From positions 1,984,001 to 2,048,000 of the forward strand of contig JBLDXI010000025.1 in NCBI GenBank assembly GCA_047495785.1: DNA of 64,000 nt. The letters are read 5' to 3'. Shown piece after piece: positions 11,020 to 24,100 of this stretch. Position 1 is the stretch's first letter. Every line of letters starts with the position of its first letter. The DNA comes from Lepidodermella squamata. Its lineage: Eukaryota > Animalia > Gastrotricha. Below the pieces are notes generated by a model. The model made no database searches, had not been told where the DNA came from, and was given only the letters and a program-made list of their open reading frames with translations. The translations under genes were made by a program, and so were the position numbers.

Positions 11020-11635
11020 TTAAGCCTTCAGCGCCCAATACCTGACGATTGGATCTTTAACCATCGGATTTGGACAATCCGACCCTTTGAGTAAGCAGTA
11101 AGGTTGAGTTGCACTGTCCACATAGGAGAATCCAACACAGTCTCGGGTCTTCAAGCACTCGCCAGCGCATTTTTCCCTGGTCGCCGCATCCGTCACGCTG
11201 CTGAGAACATTGCCACCCGGGCAGTTTCCGTTGAGAACCGTAAAGCTATTGAGAGCAGCCTGCTGATTTTTCGGTGCTGTGGTTGTCTGCAGACTGTTGT
11301 TAAGCTCTAATACCCGCCCTGCCATTTCAGGTAGACCCTCAACTCCGCCACATACAGCGTAGCAGTCTTGTTCGGTTACAAAATTGTTATCGTTGCCTTT
11401 GCAGCCTAGAAATAATAAAACGGAGGTGAAAAAATCGGTCAATGTGAAGCTCAAAGTTCCAACCTCCATAAATGAAGTTCAGGCAAGTCTTATTTGCTGC
11501 ATTGTAATAAAATCGTGGGATGAAAGCCCTGCAAACGTCTGTGTTCGGTTTCTGGAAACAATGTTCCTTATCGATTTCAGCCGCCGAGATCAAAACGAAA
11601 CAAAGCGATGCCGTGAAAATGATTGAGAAACTCAT
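11020..11635 (-). CDS. Secreted protein with a canonical Kunitz domain (P1 Arg) and a PAN/apple domain
   Basis: Signal peptide; CFQKPNTDVCRAFIPRFYY..CLNFIYGG|CKGNDNNF..C; PAN-type KCAGEC..CVGFSY..CLLK. Confidence 0.88.
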
Positions 11636-11701
11636 ATTTTTGAGGTGTGTGATGAGGTGAATGGAAAATGTGTCGTGGAACTGTCTTCAGGCACCGCTGT
11701 A

Positions 11702-11709
11702 CTTATATA
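11702..11709 (-). promoter_or_regulatory. Candidate TATA box at the head of the secreted-protein cluster
   Basis: TATATAAG on the minus strand about 70 nt upstream of the ATG at 11635. Confidence 0.5.
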
Positions 11710-12176
11710 CCGCTGTTATACGATAGACTGACGTCACTTATGATTATTTACACGTTGTTGAATGTAGGTAAGTGTTTCGCCGTATCACTGCACGTAAAGT
11801 AAATATAGCTGCATTCATTGAAGTAGTGAGCATATCAGCCTACGCCACGAATCCTTGAATCATTAAATTTGCATGCTCCGTAAACACGTTTTTGGAACTG
11901 ATTCGGATCAAAAAATGAGTTAAGAAGACACTTCGGAATTACCACGTCATTTTTATTGTTTCAATAGTTTACAAGCCGCATAAATTGCGTAAAAGGCACA
12001 GTTTTCAGTCAGCAGTCATTTAAATCAATTCGAATTGAATGATGATGATAACAATAATGTGATTCTTCCGCGCTAAAAATTATGTAATGGCACGCATTAA
12101 GAGCGACAAGATTCTTCGGCAGCACTGTGTTGTAATGTTGTATTAAAATTGTAGAAAATTTTGTACACAAAAAGTA

Positions 12177-15100
12177 TTAAAACGGGTATTCAGAAATCGC
12201 GATGTTGATGATGAACGTTACTATCGAGGTAACGGGCGGTTGGCGTTGCTCGGCGATTTTCACGTTCTGAACCTGGCTCGGCGAGCTGTTTGGTGTCAGA
12301 TCTGTTGATTTAGCTGTTACTCTAACGACGTACTGCCCTGGCTGGTCGAGGGCTACTGTCGAGTAGACAACAGCCTCGCCGCTCTCCGTTCGAACAGCGA
12401 ACGGCGTACCAGCTGCTGCTAGTGAGAAGGTTGTATGACTAGTTTGATTAGCGTGGTAAGACGCCAGTCTAATCAGGTCTTGATTAGCCGGCAAACCACG
12501 AGGTAGCGCTACAGTCCTGGTCTGAATTACATCAGGGCTATCCGGGGTGAGGGCTGCGTCGGGGCAGTTGTCAACGCGGCGAGGGTCGCAGTTTCGGACG
12601 CACGACCTGACTACGGCGTCGCTTGACCCAGTCAAACGACGGTCGTAGCCTCGAGGGCATGCGTCTGAAATGCAAACGTAATCTCCCCGGCGATTGAAGC
12701 ACATCTGCTCCGGCCCGCAATCTACCCGCAATTCGTCGCATTCATCGACGTCTTCGCAGGTGCGCCGGTTACCGGACAATCGGTAACCAGGCGGGCAAGA
12801 GCAGTAAAATGACCCGGGTGTGTTGTAGCAGTGGTGCTGGCACTGGCCGGGGTTCAGGCACTCGTCGATATCTACGCAGTTGCCCCTAACTGGTCTGTAG
12901 CCCTCCTCACAGAAGGCCTCAGTCCACGGGTAGACATCAGCCCTGCCCGAGTCGTAGTAGTCCATAACCTGGTCGCATGGCTGTTGCGGGGTGCCGAAAC
13001 ATGGTTTCGACGACAAACTCAACAACTGAGCCAATGTTTTACTCAAGCCCATCGAAGTTCGTCTCCGGACCATAGGGATCAAATCCTCCGTCCTAGGTTC
13101 CAACCCCCCTGCCCCTCTGAGTAATTTTGTCTCCTTCGCCGCGCCTGAGCATGACTGCCCGGGCAGCGTCCTAGCCCCACTAGCGCAGTAACACGCGTGG
13201 CTACCCACTGTATTCAAGCAGATCTGAGTTGGGTGGCAAGAGTGAGTACCAGCGAGGCACTCATCCGTGTCCACGCACTTCTCAGGGTCATCCTGGGCTG
13301 GTTCAAACCCGGTCTGGCAACGTAGCAAGCATTTGAATGAGCCATGGGTGTTAATGCATCGCTGCTGCGGTGTGCATTGGTAATTCGGGCTGTCACACTC
13401 GTCGAGGTCAACGCAAGAGCCAGACTCGCCTAGCTTGTAACCAGGCGGGCATTGGCACGAGTACGAACCCGGCGTGTTCAGGCAATCGTGAGAGCAGGTT
13501 GATAGACCCAGCGTGCATTCGTCGATGTCTTCGCATTGAGTACGGTTGACGAGACGGAAGCCGGTCTTGCACGAACAACGGAACGACCCGACCATGTTGT
13601 GGCAGTTATGGGTGCATAGCGTACCCTGGCGAAGGCCGTTTGTAACCTCGGCGCACTCGTCGACATCCTGGCAATCGACACCGTTCGACGCAAGTTGGAA
13701 ACCAAGCGGACATTGAGCGACGCAGCGGTACGAGCCAACGGTATTCACGCACTGCTGCCGGTAGTGGCATTGAGCTACCCCAGTCGCACATTCATCCACA
13801 TCTGAAAAATCAATGATAAACTTTTAAGCTGGATAAAATTTCTAGAATTTACCCTTGCAATATGGTCCGTTGTCTTCGAGAATGAAACCAGGCGGGCAGT
13901 GGCCAACGCCTTCGTGGCCCCGGTTAACCGACGCAACAGCCGCGAACCGGACATCGGACGAAGCCGGGTCGGAACTAGTTGTCCAGTTGACCAGGTTCAG
14001 AGATTCCATAAGGAAAGGCATCGAACCACTCGACGGGTCGTAGTTGATGGTTTGAGTTTTCGAATACGGCACAACATGCTCGCCGATCTGCAGAACGTGG
14101 CTGTATGTTGAATACAGCTCACCAGGTCCGGTTTGAACCAGTTTCTCGCGCAGTGGGTGTAGGCGAATGCTTGGCGCTGTGATGGCGGCTTGCGGGATAT
14201 TTCCATCGACCAAAATATTGATCTAAAAATATGAAAAATTACCAGGATTTTTGTGAAATTATTTGAAGGAATTTTTTTTTAAATTGAACACACTTTGAAA
14301 ATTTACCGGAGAAAACCCGGTAAAACCCGAACGGTAACTGGTTCGGTAATTTTCGGTATTTTACCCGGGTTTTACCATATTTCTCCGGATTTTTGACCCC
14401 ATTGAAAAGTGACATGGCAATTTTGGTTTGTTAAAGATTTTTCCTGCCTCCAATTTTGGAGCTTCTCATCCCTCTTCCGGGTAGATAAGAACTTACCACT
14501 AGTTGTCCATTTTCGTCGACTCCATCCGCTGAGATGTTGGCGCGGAAAATCTCCCCGCTCGCGAATTCTGCCGTAGCTGAGTGATTGAAGTGGCCCCTTG
14601 TTAAATGGAACCCATTCGCAGCCCGATTTCGCTGACCTGCCGCAACCCAATACAGCGGGGTCAATAGGTTAACAACGACCTGAAACGCGGATGAGAGCTT
14701 CTTCGAAACGCCGTGGACAGCACCTTCAACCAGGCTCGAGCCCTCCTCGCCATTCGGCGCCTGTTCGGTGAAATTGGCGGTTAAACGGAGGGCAAGCTCG
14801 TCGAGCTTAGCGTCGTTTATCCGCCCCGAAATAGCACCGACAGCCGCCTGCGGGAGAGGAGAGTTACACCGGTGGATGTTGCAGACAGTCGCTTGCTCAG
14901 CATCGCCAACACAGACCCCGGAGCCGCCGAACAGAGGTTGCGTGCAGTTCCGTTTTCGAGTCCTAGTCCCGCCGCCACATGGTAGAGAGCAGGCAGACCA
15001 GGCTGACCAAGGCCCCCAGGCGCCGTCAACTGGGCACGGCTGCGCGGCGCACGAATCCATCTGTTCCGGCGGTCCGGTACAATCCCGACCACCATGGGCT

Positions 15101-18100
15101 GGTTTCGGCTGGTCGCAGGTTCGGAATCGCTTTCGCAACCCAGCGCCACCGCAAGATGCCGAACACTCGCCCCAGGGTGACCATTGCGACCAGTGGCCGT
15201 GGATTGGGCAGGGCTGGCTGTTGCAGTAGTCGAGCTGGGTATCCTTACCCGGGCACAATCTACCGCCATTACCCGGCTCCGGAGCTGTGCAGGTCCTCTT
15301 CCGCTCCCTGGTACCGCCACCACACGAAACCGAGCAGATACTCCAGGGTGACCACTCAGACCAATGGCCGTGGACCGGGCATGGGGCCGGGGCGCAGATT
15401 CGTTCTTCAGACGCAGGTCCAACGCAATCTTTCCCGCCGAACTGAGGCGGTGGGGTGTCGCAGATTCTCATCCGGAGCTGAGTGCCATTACCGCAGCTTG
15501 TCGAGCACGGTTGCCATGGTAACCAGTTCGACCAGCCCCCGTCGACCGGGCAGTTCTCGAAACGGCATTTAGCGACTTCAACATCGTCACCGATACATTT
15601 CCGCCCGCCGTCTGACGGAGCTGGGTTGTCGCAGGTTCGGAATCGCTGCCGGATGCCCTCGCCACACGACACGCTGCAGTCGGTCCAGTTCGACCAATCC
15701 GACCACCGGCCATCGACTGGGCACGGGCGTTCGTTGCAAATTTCGGCATTGCTGTCTGGGCCGAAGCACTCGCGGCCGCCATTTGACGGCACTGGGTTGT
15801 TGCAGAAGCGGCGCCGGAAACGTGTGCCATTGCCGCAAGACGCGCTGCATTCGCTCCACTGCTGCCAAACAGACCAGCCGCCGTTGAGGCGGACCATAAG
15901 CCGGGAATGCGTTGAAATTGTGCCAACTCCGTTCTTGGCGTAGCAGGTATAAACACCAGAATCAATGGATTCAGCATTGGCGATTCTGAAAGAAATTAAA
16001 ATTTTAAATTTTAAAAATAAAAAAGCGCCAAATTTCTAAATTTTAAAATTTTAAAAAGTCCGCCTCAATTATTCAATTTTTCAAAAAAATCTAGAATTTT
16101 CAAATTTCTCTCTTTTCATTTCATTTTTCTTAAATTAATCTAAAAATTTGAGTTTCTAATTTTGAATTAAATTTTCAACTATTTCAAAATTTCAAAAATT
16201 TCAAAAGTAGCTCACTCAAGCGTGTTGTTGTCCAAGATTGAAATTCGCTTTCCATCGCTTTCAATCGGGTAGTTATCCTTCTCCCAGTACACGATCGGGG
16301 CAGGGTTGCCATCAGCTGTGCAGTTTAGCAGGATTGTTTCGCCGCTATCGACTCCAATATCACCCGGTGATACGATCTGGAACGTCGGAATGCTCTTCAC
16401 CGTCAGCTTAGCCGCCGCCTCCGAAATTCCAACATCATTCGACGCAACACATCGATACTCGCCAGAATCGGCCAACTTAAAATAAAAATAAACTTAGATC
16501 AAAATGTTTGAAGTTTCGAGGAATTTTACATCAGATTCGTGAATAATCAGCGATCCCTCTTGCGTGAATTCAATCCGACCATCGGTATTAGGACCCAAAG
16601 GAATGCCGTCTTTAGTCCAAATAACGGTAGGTGACGGCTCGCCCTTCGCATCGCAGTGCAAAATGATGCTTTCTTTGACAGAAACAGCCATTGGCATTGG
16701 AGGAAGTAAGACGCGGGGCGGAATTTTCACGATAACATTAGCCAGGGCAGTCGCTCGACCGGCCGGGTTTTCAGCTATACACTCATAAGTACCAGCATCG
16801 TACTTGGTCACGTGATCGATAACCAATCGACTGTAGCCATCAGAGTTGAAATTTGCTGAAAAAAAAAAAATTAATAAATTCCATTTTCGAGATTTTTCAA
16901 GATTTCTTACAAGGGATAGCAGCTCCGTTGAATTTCCACACGATGAGAGGAGTCGGTAGACCATGAGCCGTACAGTCGAGTTCAACCCGCTCACCTGCTA
17001 CAACTTCACGGTCGAATGGTTTCGTCAACAAAGTTGGTTTCACTGAAAAAATTTAAAATTTATTAAAATTTAAATTTAAAAAATTTAAAAATTACCATGA
17101 ACCCTTAGGACGATGTCAGTTTGATCTTGACCAGCAGTATTAGCTGCCGTGCAAGTGTAGACGCCCGTATCATTCGCCTCGGCATTTTTAATCGTCAACG
17201 TGTTCATATCGTTATCGACTACAATCCTCGGCCCAAGCTTCAGCGGTGTTTCTCCAGGTTTCAGCGGCTTAGTCAAATGTTGGAAGCTGGAAATTCGGAT
17301 AGCCATGCCGTCTTTACTCCACGAAACAGTTGGCCGCGGCACACCAGTCGCTGTGCATTCGAGTTGAACACTTGATCCCTCGGTTACAGCGATTACGCTT
17401 TCTTGCGGCCGGATTTTCGCTGGGACCAAAACGTTGAGGGAGATGTTGAGCGAAACTCGGCCGGCTTCATTTTCCACGATGCAACCGTAGCTGCCAGAAT
17501 CTTCAGTTCGGGTGACAGGAATCGCGAGCCAACCAGAAGGCCTAAATAAATAAATTTAGTTGAATTTCCCAATTAAATTTTAAATTTTGTTGTAAATTTT
17601 TTTATCGATTTTTATATTTTTCATTAATCTAATTTTCAACTTACAGCACTCGATATCGGAAATCGGATTGCAAAATTGATTGGCCGTCCTTGTTCCAGGA
17701 AATTGTTGGTTGGGGAACACCAGCACCCTGGCAGGGTAACAGCACCTCTTCGTCCTGAATAACGGTGAAATCACGACGATCGGCCTTAACGGTGGGCGGA
17801 ACTAGAAAAATAATTAAATTATAATTAAATAGTTAAAGTATAAAATTCTAATTACTTTGAATGCTCAGCTTGACTTGAGCTAGAGCAGTTCCAGCTTCGT
17901 TTTGAGCAATACAAATGTAGACACCGTTATCGTGAAGCATCGACTGATTGATGAAAAGCGATCCATTCGACAAAATCGAATACTCCGGGCCACTAGTCAA
18001 CAGGTCCGTACCACGCTGCCAGGTAATACGCGGCGGTGGGACACCCGAGGCATTACACGGCAGTAGGGCAGGTTGGCTGTTGATGACCTTGACAACGGTT

Positions 18101-21100
18101 TCTTTACTCTTGTTATGAATGAAGGCCGGCACGAAAACGCGGAATTCGACGGGTTTCGACACGTTTCCGGCTGAATTTGACACGTAGCACGTATAGTTGC
18201 CAGAGTCTTTGACCTGGGGCGATAGGAACTCCATCGAGCCGGAGATGAGTTGGTTGACATCGATGCCGTTTGGCAGCACGACCTTGCCTTCTTTCGTCCA
18301 AGTTACGTTGGGCTGGGGTAGGCCGATCACGTCGCACGGCAAGATAGCTTTCGAGCCAGTCACGGTCGTTATCATGCTAGGACCTTCCTTAATGCTCGGA
18401 GGGACTGAAAAAAAAGAAAATAAGTTAGTTAGTTAGAATTAAGACTAATAAAGTCTCGATTTAATTTTCAAAATTTTCAGTTGAACCTGTAAATTTTTCA
18501 ATATTTTCAAAATTCGAAATTTTCAAAAATTGCCAATGATTTTCTGTCATTTTTCGAAATTTTCTTGATTTTCGAGTTCAAATTTTATAAATGTCGAATT
18601 AATCCAGGACCTCAGTTAGAATAAAGTCTATTTTTTTAATTTAACTGTTTTAATTGTTTAAAAAACTAATTAGTTTTCAATTTTCCCCTTAAAATTCCAA
18701 ATTTGCATTTTTTTAAACTTACTCCACACAGCCAAGTGAAATTCAGCCGTATTATTGCCCGCCGCATTTCTCGCCGAACAGCTATACCGACCCGAATTCA
18801 CCAACTGCGCACTGTCCAGTTTCAGCACCTGGCCATCATTCTCGAATCGCACATTCGGCGACGCCCCACCCAGCGTTACATGCATAGCCGGTCCAATGGG
18901 CTGGGCGTTGTGAAACCAGGCGATAGTCGGTGATGGTATGCCAACCGCCGCGCACGTAATTTTAGCCGGCCGGTTGATGATAACGTGCAATTTGCTGGGC
19001 GACAGGTTCGGTGCGAAGAACGGCGGGACTAGGACGGTTAGGTGGTACTCCTTCTCAGCAGACCCGGCTTCGTTCTTCGCAACACAGCGGTAACTACCAC
19101 CGTCGGGTACTTGCGCCGATGTTAACAGGATTTTACGCCCGTTTTCAGCCATTTTAACAACGTTGTTTTTCGTGGTGAGTGGGATACCGTCTTTGTACCA
19201 AACGATGTTGGGTTCGGGCTTGCCGGTAACTGGGCAGTGGATGGTAGCAGATCGGTTCACATTGACTCGAAGTTCCATTTCTCCAACGTGAATTACAGGT
19301 GGAACTGAAAAAATCAAACATTAATAAATAGTGACAGTTTTGACAAATCAAGCAGGTCAGATTGAAGCAGAAAGAAATTTCAAAAAAATTTAATTAAAAT
19401 TTCCAAAAATAGAAATTCAATTTTCAAATTTTTAAATATTCAGAAACAAGACAAATTAAATTTTTATTATTTTCAATAAATTTTCAAATCATTTTTGGAA
19501 AAAATCGTTGATTTTCGAACTTGAAAATGAGTTCAAACGTACCCAAAACTTCGACCTCGAAATTGTACTCCTCCTGACCCGCCACGTTAGTCGCCTGGCA
19601 AGTGAAAGTGCCACCGTCCTTCACCCTGACGCGTTTTATCGTCAGCCTCGTTCCATTCTGAGCAATTTCGTAATTCTCGTCAACAATTTCATCCAACGGC
19701 TGTCGATCGTGGAACCACAGCAAAAGCGGCGGCGGCGTGCCAGATGCGCGGCAATTCAGCGTCAGCGATCGATTTTCAATCACCTTATACCCGTCATCAG
19801 GCTCCATTAGCTCGAGGGTCGGCGGTAGTAAGACTTCCAAGTCGTAATTTCTCGTTATCTGACCAGCTTCGTTAGTCGCAAGGCAGGTAAAACGAGCCGA
19901 ATCTGACTCGCGAACTCGTTGAATCTCCAACTGCTGACCGTCCGGCGTCAGTTTCATGTGATCATCCACCTTAAGAGGGAACGCGTTCCTCAGCCATTTA
20001 ATCTCAGGCGGCGGCACACCGTCAGCCGGGCATTCAAGGATAACTGTCCTATTCACGACAATCCTAGGCCGGTCGACTAAATTATCGACCTGCATGTTAG
20101 GCGGGACTAGAATTCGCAGGGTGATCGAAATTTTATCGACACCAGCTTCGTTCTGCGCGATACAGGTGTAGACGCCAGCGTCTGATTCAACAGCAGTCGA
20201 CATTTCCAACTGCCGGCCACCTGACAAGATTTGATGCCGTCCCTCCGGTTTTATCGGTTCGTCGTTTTTGAACCAGCTTATAACGGGGGTCGGAATACCG
20301 ACTGCCGGGCAGTTGAGCAGGGCAACTCGGCCTTTGACGACCTTAGGCTCCAGGTCAACATTCTGAAGACTGATATTTGGTGGGACTAGGACGTCGAGGT
20401 CGAAAAGTCGTTCAGCTGTACCGGCGTCATTTGTCGCAACACAACCGTACCTCGCCGCGTCTGAAACGGAGGCTGAGGAGACTTCGAGAATTTGCCCGTC
20501 AGCTTTTTGCAGCCACCGCATGGCGAGTTTTCCGGTTTTCGGGTCAACAAATTGCGCGGCGGCCTTAGCGGCTTCGGCTGCTACAGCGGCGCCGACCTTC
20601 TCCGAGGTTGCGATTGTGAGGGCTTTCGTCAGGTCGAATGGCAGGCCGTTGCGGAACCACGCGATAGTTGGTCGCGGAATGCCGGATGCGAAACATTCGA
20701 GAGCTGTTGATCGGTTAACAACAACCTGGACCACCGTTTTATTCGCAGATCGCTCGATTCTCGGCGGTACTAAAATTAGAAAAATAATCGTAAAAAAGAG
20801 AAAACAAATGTAGTGCGCAATTATTGAAAAATCCACCTTAATAAATTTTAGCTTTTTCAATTTGTTCAATTAGCTCAATTTACTTACCTGATTTCAGCAA
20901 TTTTTTCCTGATTTGATTGAAAATATTTTTTGAAACGAAAATAATTAAAAAATTTCAAGTCGAGCTCTCGAAGTCCATAAAAAAATTAAAAAAATTTTTT
21001 TTTTCGAAAAATTTCATTAATTTTTACCTAAGACTTGAAGCTGGTAGTTGACCTCGGCGCTTCCAGCTTGATTTTCCGCTCGGCACGTGTAGAGACCCGC

Positions 21101-24100
21101 ATCGTCGACCGTAACCGCGGCAAGTTCGAGTTGCCGCCCGCTGTCAGCCATCAAACTGCGAGCACGATGCATGTTCGAAACCGTCACCGAGGGCAGCAGA
21201 ACGGCGCCATCTTTCAACCACGTGATTTTCGGCGGCGGAATACCGGTAGCCGGACAGCTGATCGAAAGCGATTTATTCACCACAACTCGCGGCTTTTTAT
21301 CAATTTCAGACGTGTCAATTGCGGCGGGAACTTGAAAATAAATTGAAAAATTATTTAAAAAAAAAACAAAAAATTTCACAAATTTTACCAAAAATGTCAA
21401 GTTCCATAGCAAGTCTATCCTGACCAGCTTTGTTAGCCACAACACATTGATAAGTTGCCGTGTCAGAAATTCGAGTATTTTTAATCTCCAGTTTTTGCCC
21501 ATCCTGCGTAAATTTGATATTCGGATCCGTCGCCTGGTCCAGCACTTCATCGTCCTTGTACCAGACAATTTCAGGCGGCGGGTGGCCAGAAGCCGGGCAT
21601 CGCAGCACAGCCGAATTATTGACAATAACCGTAACATTTTTCACAACTGCGATCGAGTCGATAACAGGCGGGACTAAGACGTCGAGTTTGAACAGCTTAA
21701 CCAGCCGACCAGCGGCGTTAGCAGCGTGACAGGCGTAAGTCGCCGAATCAGGCCGGGCGACCCGGCTGATCTTCAACCGCCGGCCGTCGCTTTCAATTCG
21801 GACTTTGGTCGTGTCAGTCGGCGGCGGTGGGACGGGCGCGACTAGGCTGGGCGCCGGGGTGACGTCGTTGTTCCAAGCCAGGGCCTGGTCGTTCTTGAAC
21901 CAGCTGATTTTCGGCGATGGGAAGCCCTCGGCGTCGCAATTGAATTCCATTGTGTTGTTCACGATGATTTCAAACATTGAAATTTCATCCGCGTTTTTGA
22001 TCGAGGGTGGTACGTAGACCTCGAGGGCGAATTCTCGCGACACAGCGCCGGCGATGTTTGTCACCTCGCAGCGGTAGGTTCCGGCTGATTGCAGTTGCGC
22101 TCGCCGGATTTGAAGCTGCTCGCTGTCCGGCGATAGGTTGAACATGATGTCGCCGGGGAAGAGCAGCGAGTTGTCTTTGTACCAGAGGATTTGCGGCTTC
22201 GGAATGCCCTCAGCTGGACAATTGATTGTGATGTCGCTTTCGATGATAACGGACATGTTCGACGGCGAAGCACGACGCTCCTTGATTGTCGGAGGAACTG
22301 AAAAATAAGGAAAATGACAAATTAGTTGAATAAACAGGAAAATCAGGGAGAATTTGATAAAATTCGGGACATTTTGGGACATTTTGGGGACATTTGCCAA
22401 CTTGAAAGAAGCTTGAAAGAAGAAAGAAATGAAACGGACAAATTTGAAATGAAATATTGCTAGCTATCATTGTTATTTCGGTAAATTTCAAGACAATTTA
22501 AGGTTTTTGAATGATAAAATCGAAATAGTAATAAATGTAAAAAATGTAAAATAAAACTCGGGTGAACAACAATTTAAAATGCGGAAAATTTTCCACCAAT
22601 TGAGTGGTCAGTTGTTTTGGCATGCGTTCAGTTTTTTTCAACTGCAGAGCCGATATCGATCAAAGTATCGGTTTTTCAAATCAGCAATTGTTTCCGAGAT
22701 CAGAAGTCTTAAAACCCAAAAGTTTGCAATTTTGGTAATTTTTCAAGAATCTGGCCTAATTTTTTCAAATTGAGCCCACTGGGGAAAACATCCACCTTTA
22801 ATCCACGATTTTATCAAAGAAATTAACAATTTACCGGGGGAAACCTCGACGGTAACTGGTTCGGTAATTTTCGGTTTTTACCTGGTTGGATCAAATTTAC
22901 TCGGATTTTTTAATTCCATTTACAAGAGACATACTTGATTACTATTCTTTTGGATTTTCAGTAAGCATTTTAGTAAGGATGTTATTATTAAATAATTTTT
23001 GAATCATGGCTAAATGATTTCAGAAATAATTTTACACACGGATTTTGCCAAGTGAAATTTTGGGAAAAATTGAAAACGATGCTTCCGAAATGTCTTGAAC
23101 CCGTTATCTAATTTGACATGTGTATATTTTACCGAAAATGTTGAGTTTGAAGGTGCGTTGCGCTTGACCGGCAATATTCGTCGCCGAACAGCTGTACTCG
23201 CCCTGATCTTCGGGTATGACCTGGCCAATAATCAACCTCTGCGTGTCCCACGAGATGTTGTACCGCGAGAAGTGCTGCAACGAGTCGAGCCGGGTGCCGA
23301 TCGGAATCTGGCTGCGATACCACGTTATCTTCGCCCGAGGCACGGCATAGACCGGGCAGTCAAATGAAACCGTTTCATTCTTAATCGCCGTTATCTCTTC
23401 AATGCCCTGGTCGGAGATGGTCATTTTCAGGAAACGAGGCGGCACGTAGACCTTCAACTCAATCTTATGCAACGCCTCACCGGCTACGTTGGTAGCCCGG
23501 CACTTGTAAACACCCGCGTCATCCGCGACCGGCTGCAAAAATTCAAGCGAACCGTCCGGCATGACTTTAATTCTCGGATCGCCCTCGAAAATTTCGTAAT
23601 CCCGCTTGAACCAACGGATTGTTGGCTTCGGCGAGCCAGTGACCGGGCAGGGTAGGGTAATCCGGCGGTTTTCAATCGCTGTCGCGTTGATCGGGGCGGA
23701 TTGAAGAATTTTCGGCGGATCGTGGACAACGAGTTGGATGTCTTTCGTATCAGCTCCGGCCGCGTTGTCTACAACACAGGTGTAGAGCCCGGCGTCGCTT
23801 AGCGAGAGTGATTTGATGACGAGAGTTCCGTTTGAAGAGACCTCCATAGCTTCGTGTTGGATGTTTATGAGCTCTTTGCCGTTTTTACGCCATGAAACAC
23901 GTGGGATTGGGATACCAGCTGCGGTACAATCGAGAGAAATTGTATTCCCCATAATCGCCACCAATTCAGAATCATTTCGAATTTGGATGAGGGGAGGAAC
24001 TGAATAAAAAATTAAAAAATAAAATAAAATAAAATAAAGAATTCAATTAATTAAAAAATTTAAATAAATTAAAAATTGGATTTCTATTTACCAAAAACAG

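Noticed and set aside
14768-15977. Several long overlapping alternative-frame and antisense ORFs
   Set aside because: These are shadows of the GC-rich, repetitive TSP1 exon and show no independent protein features.
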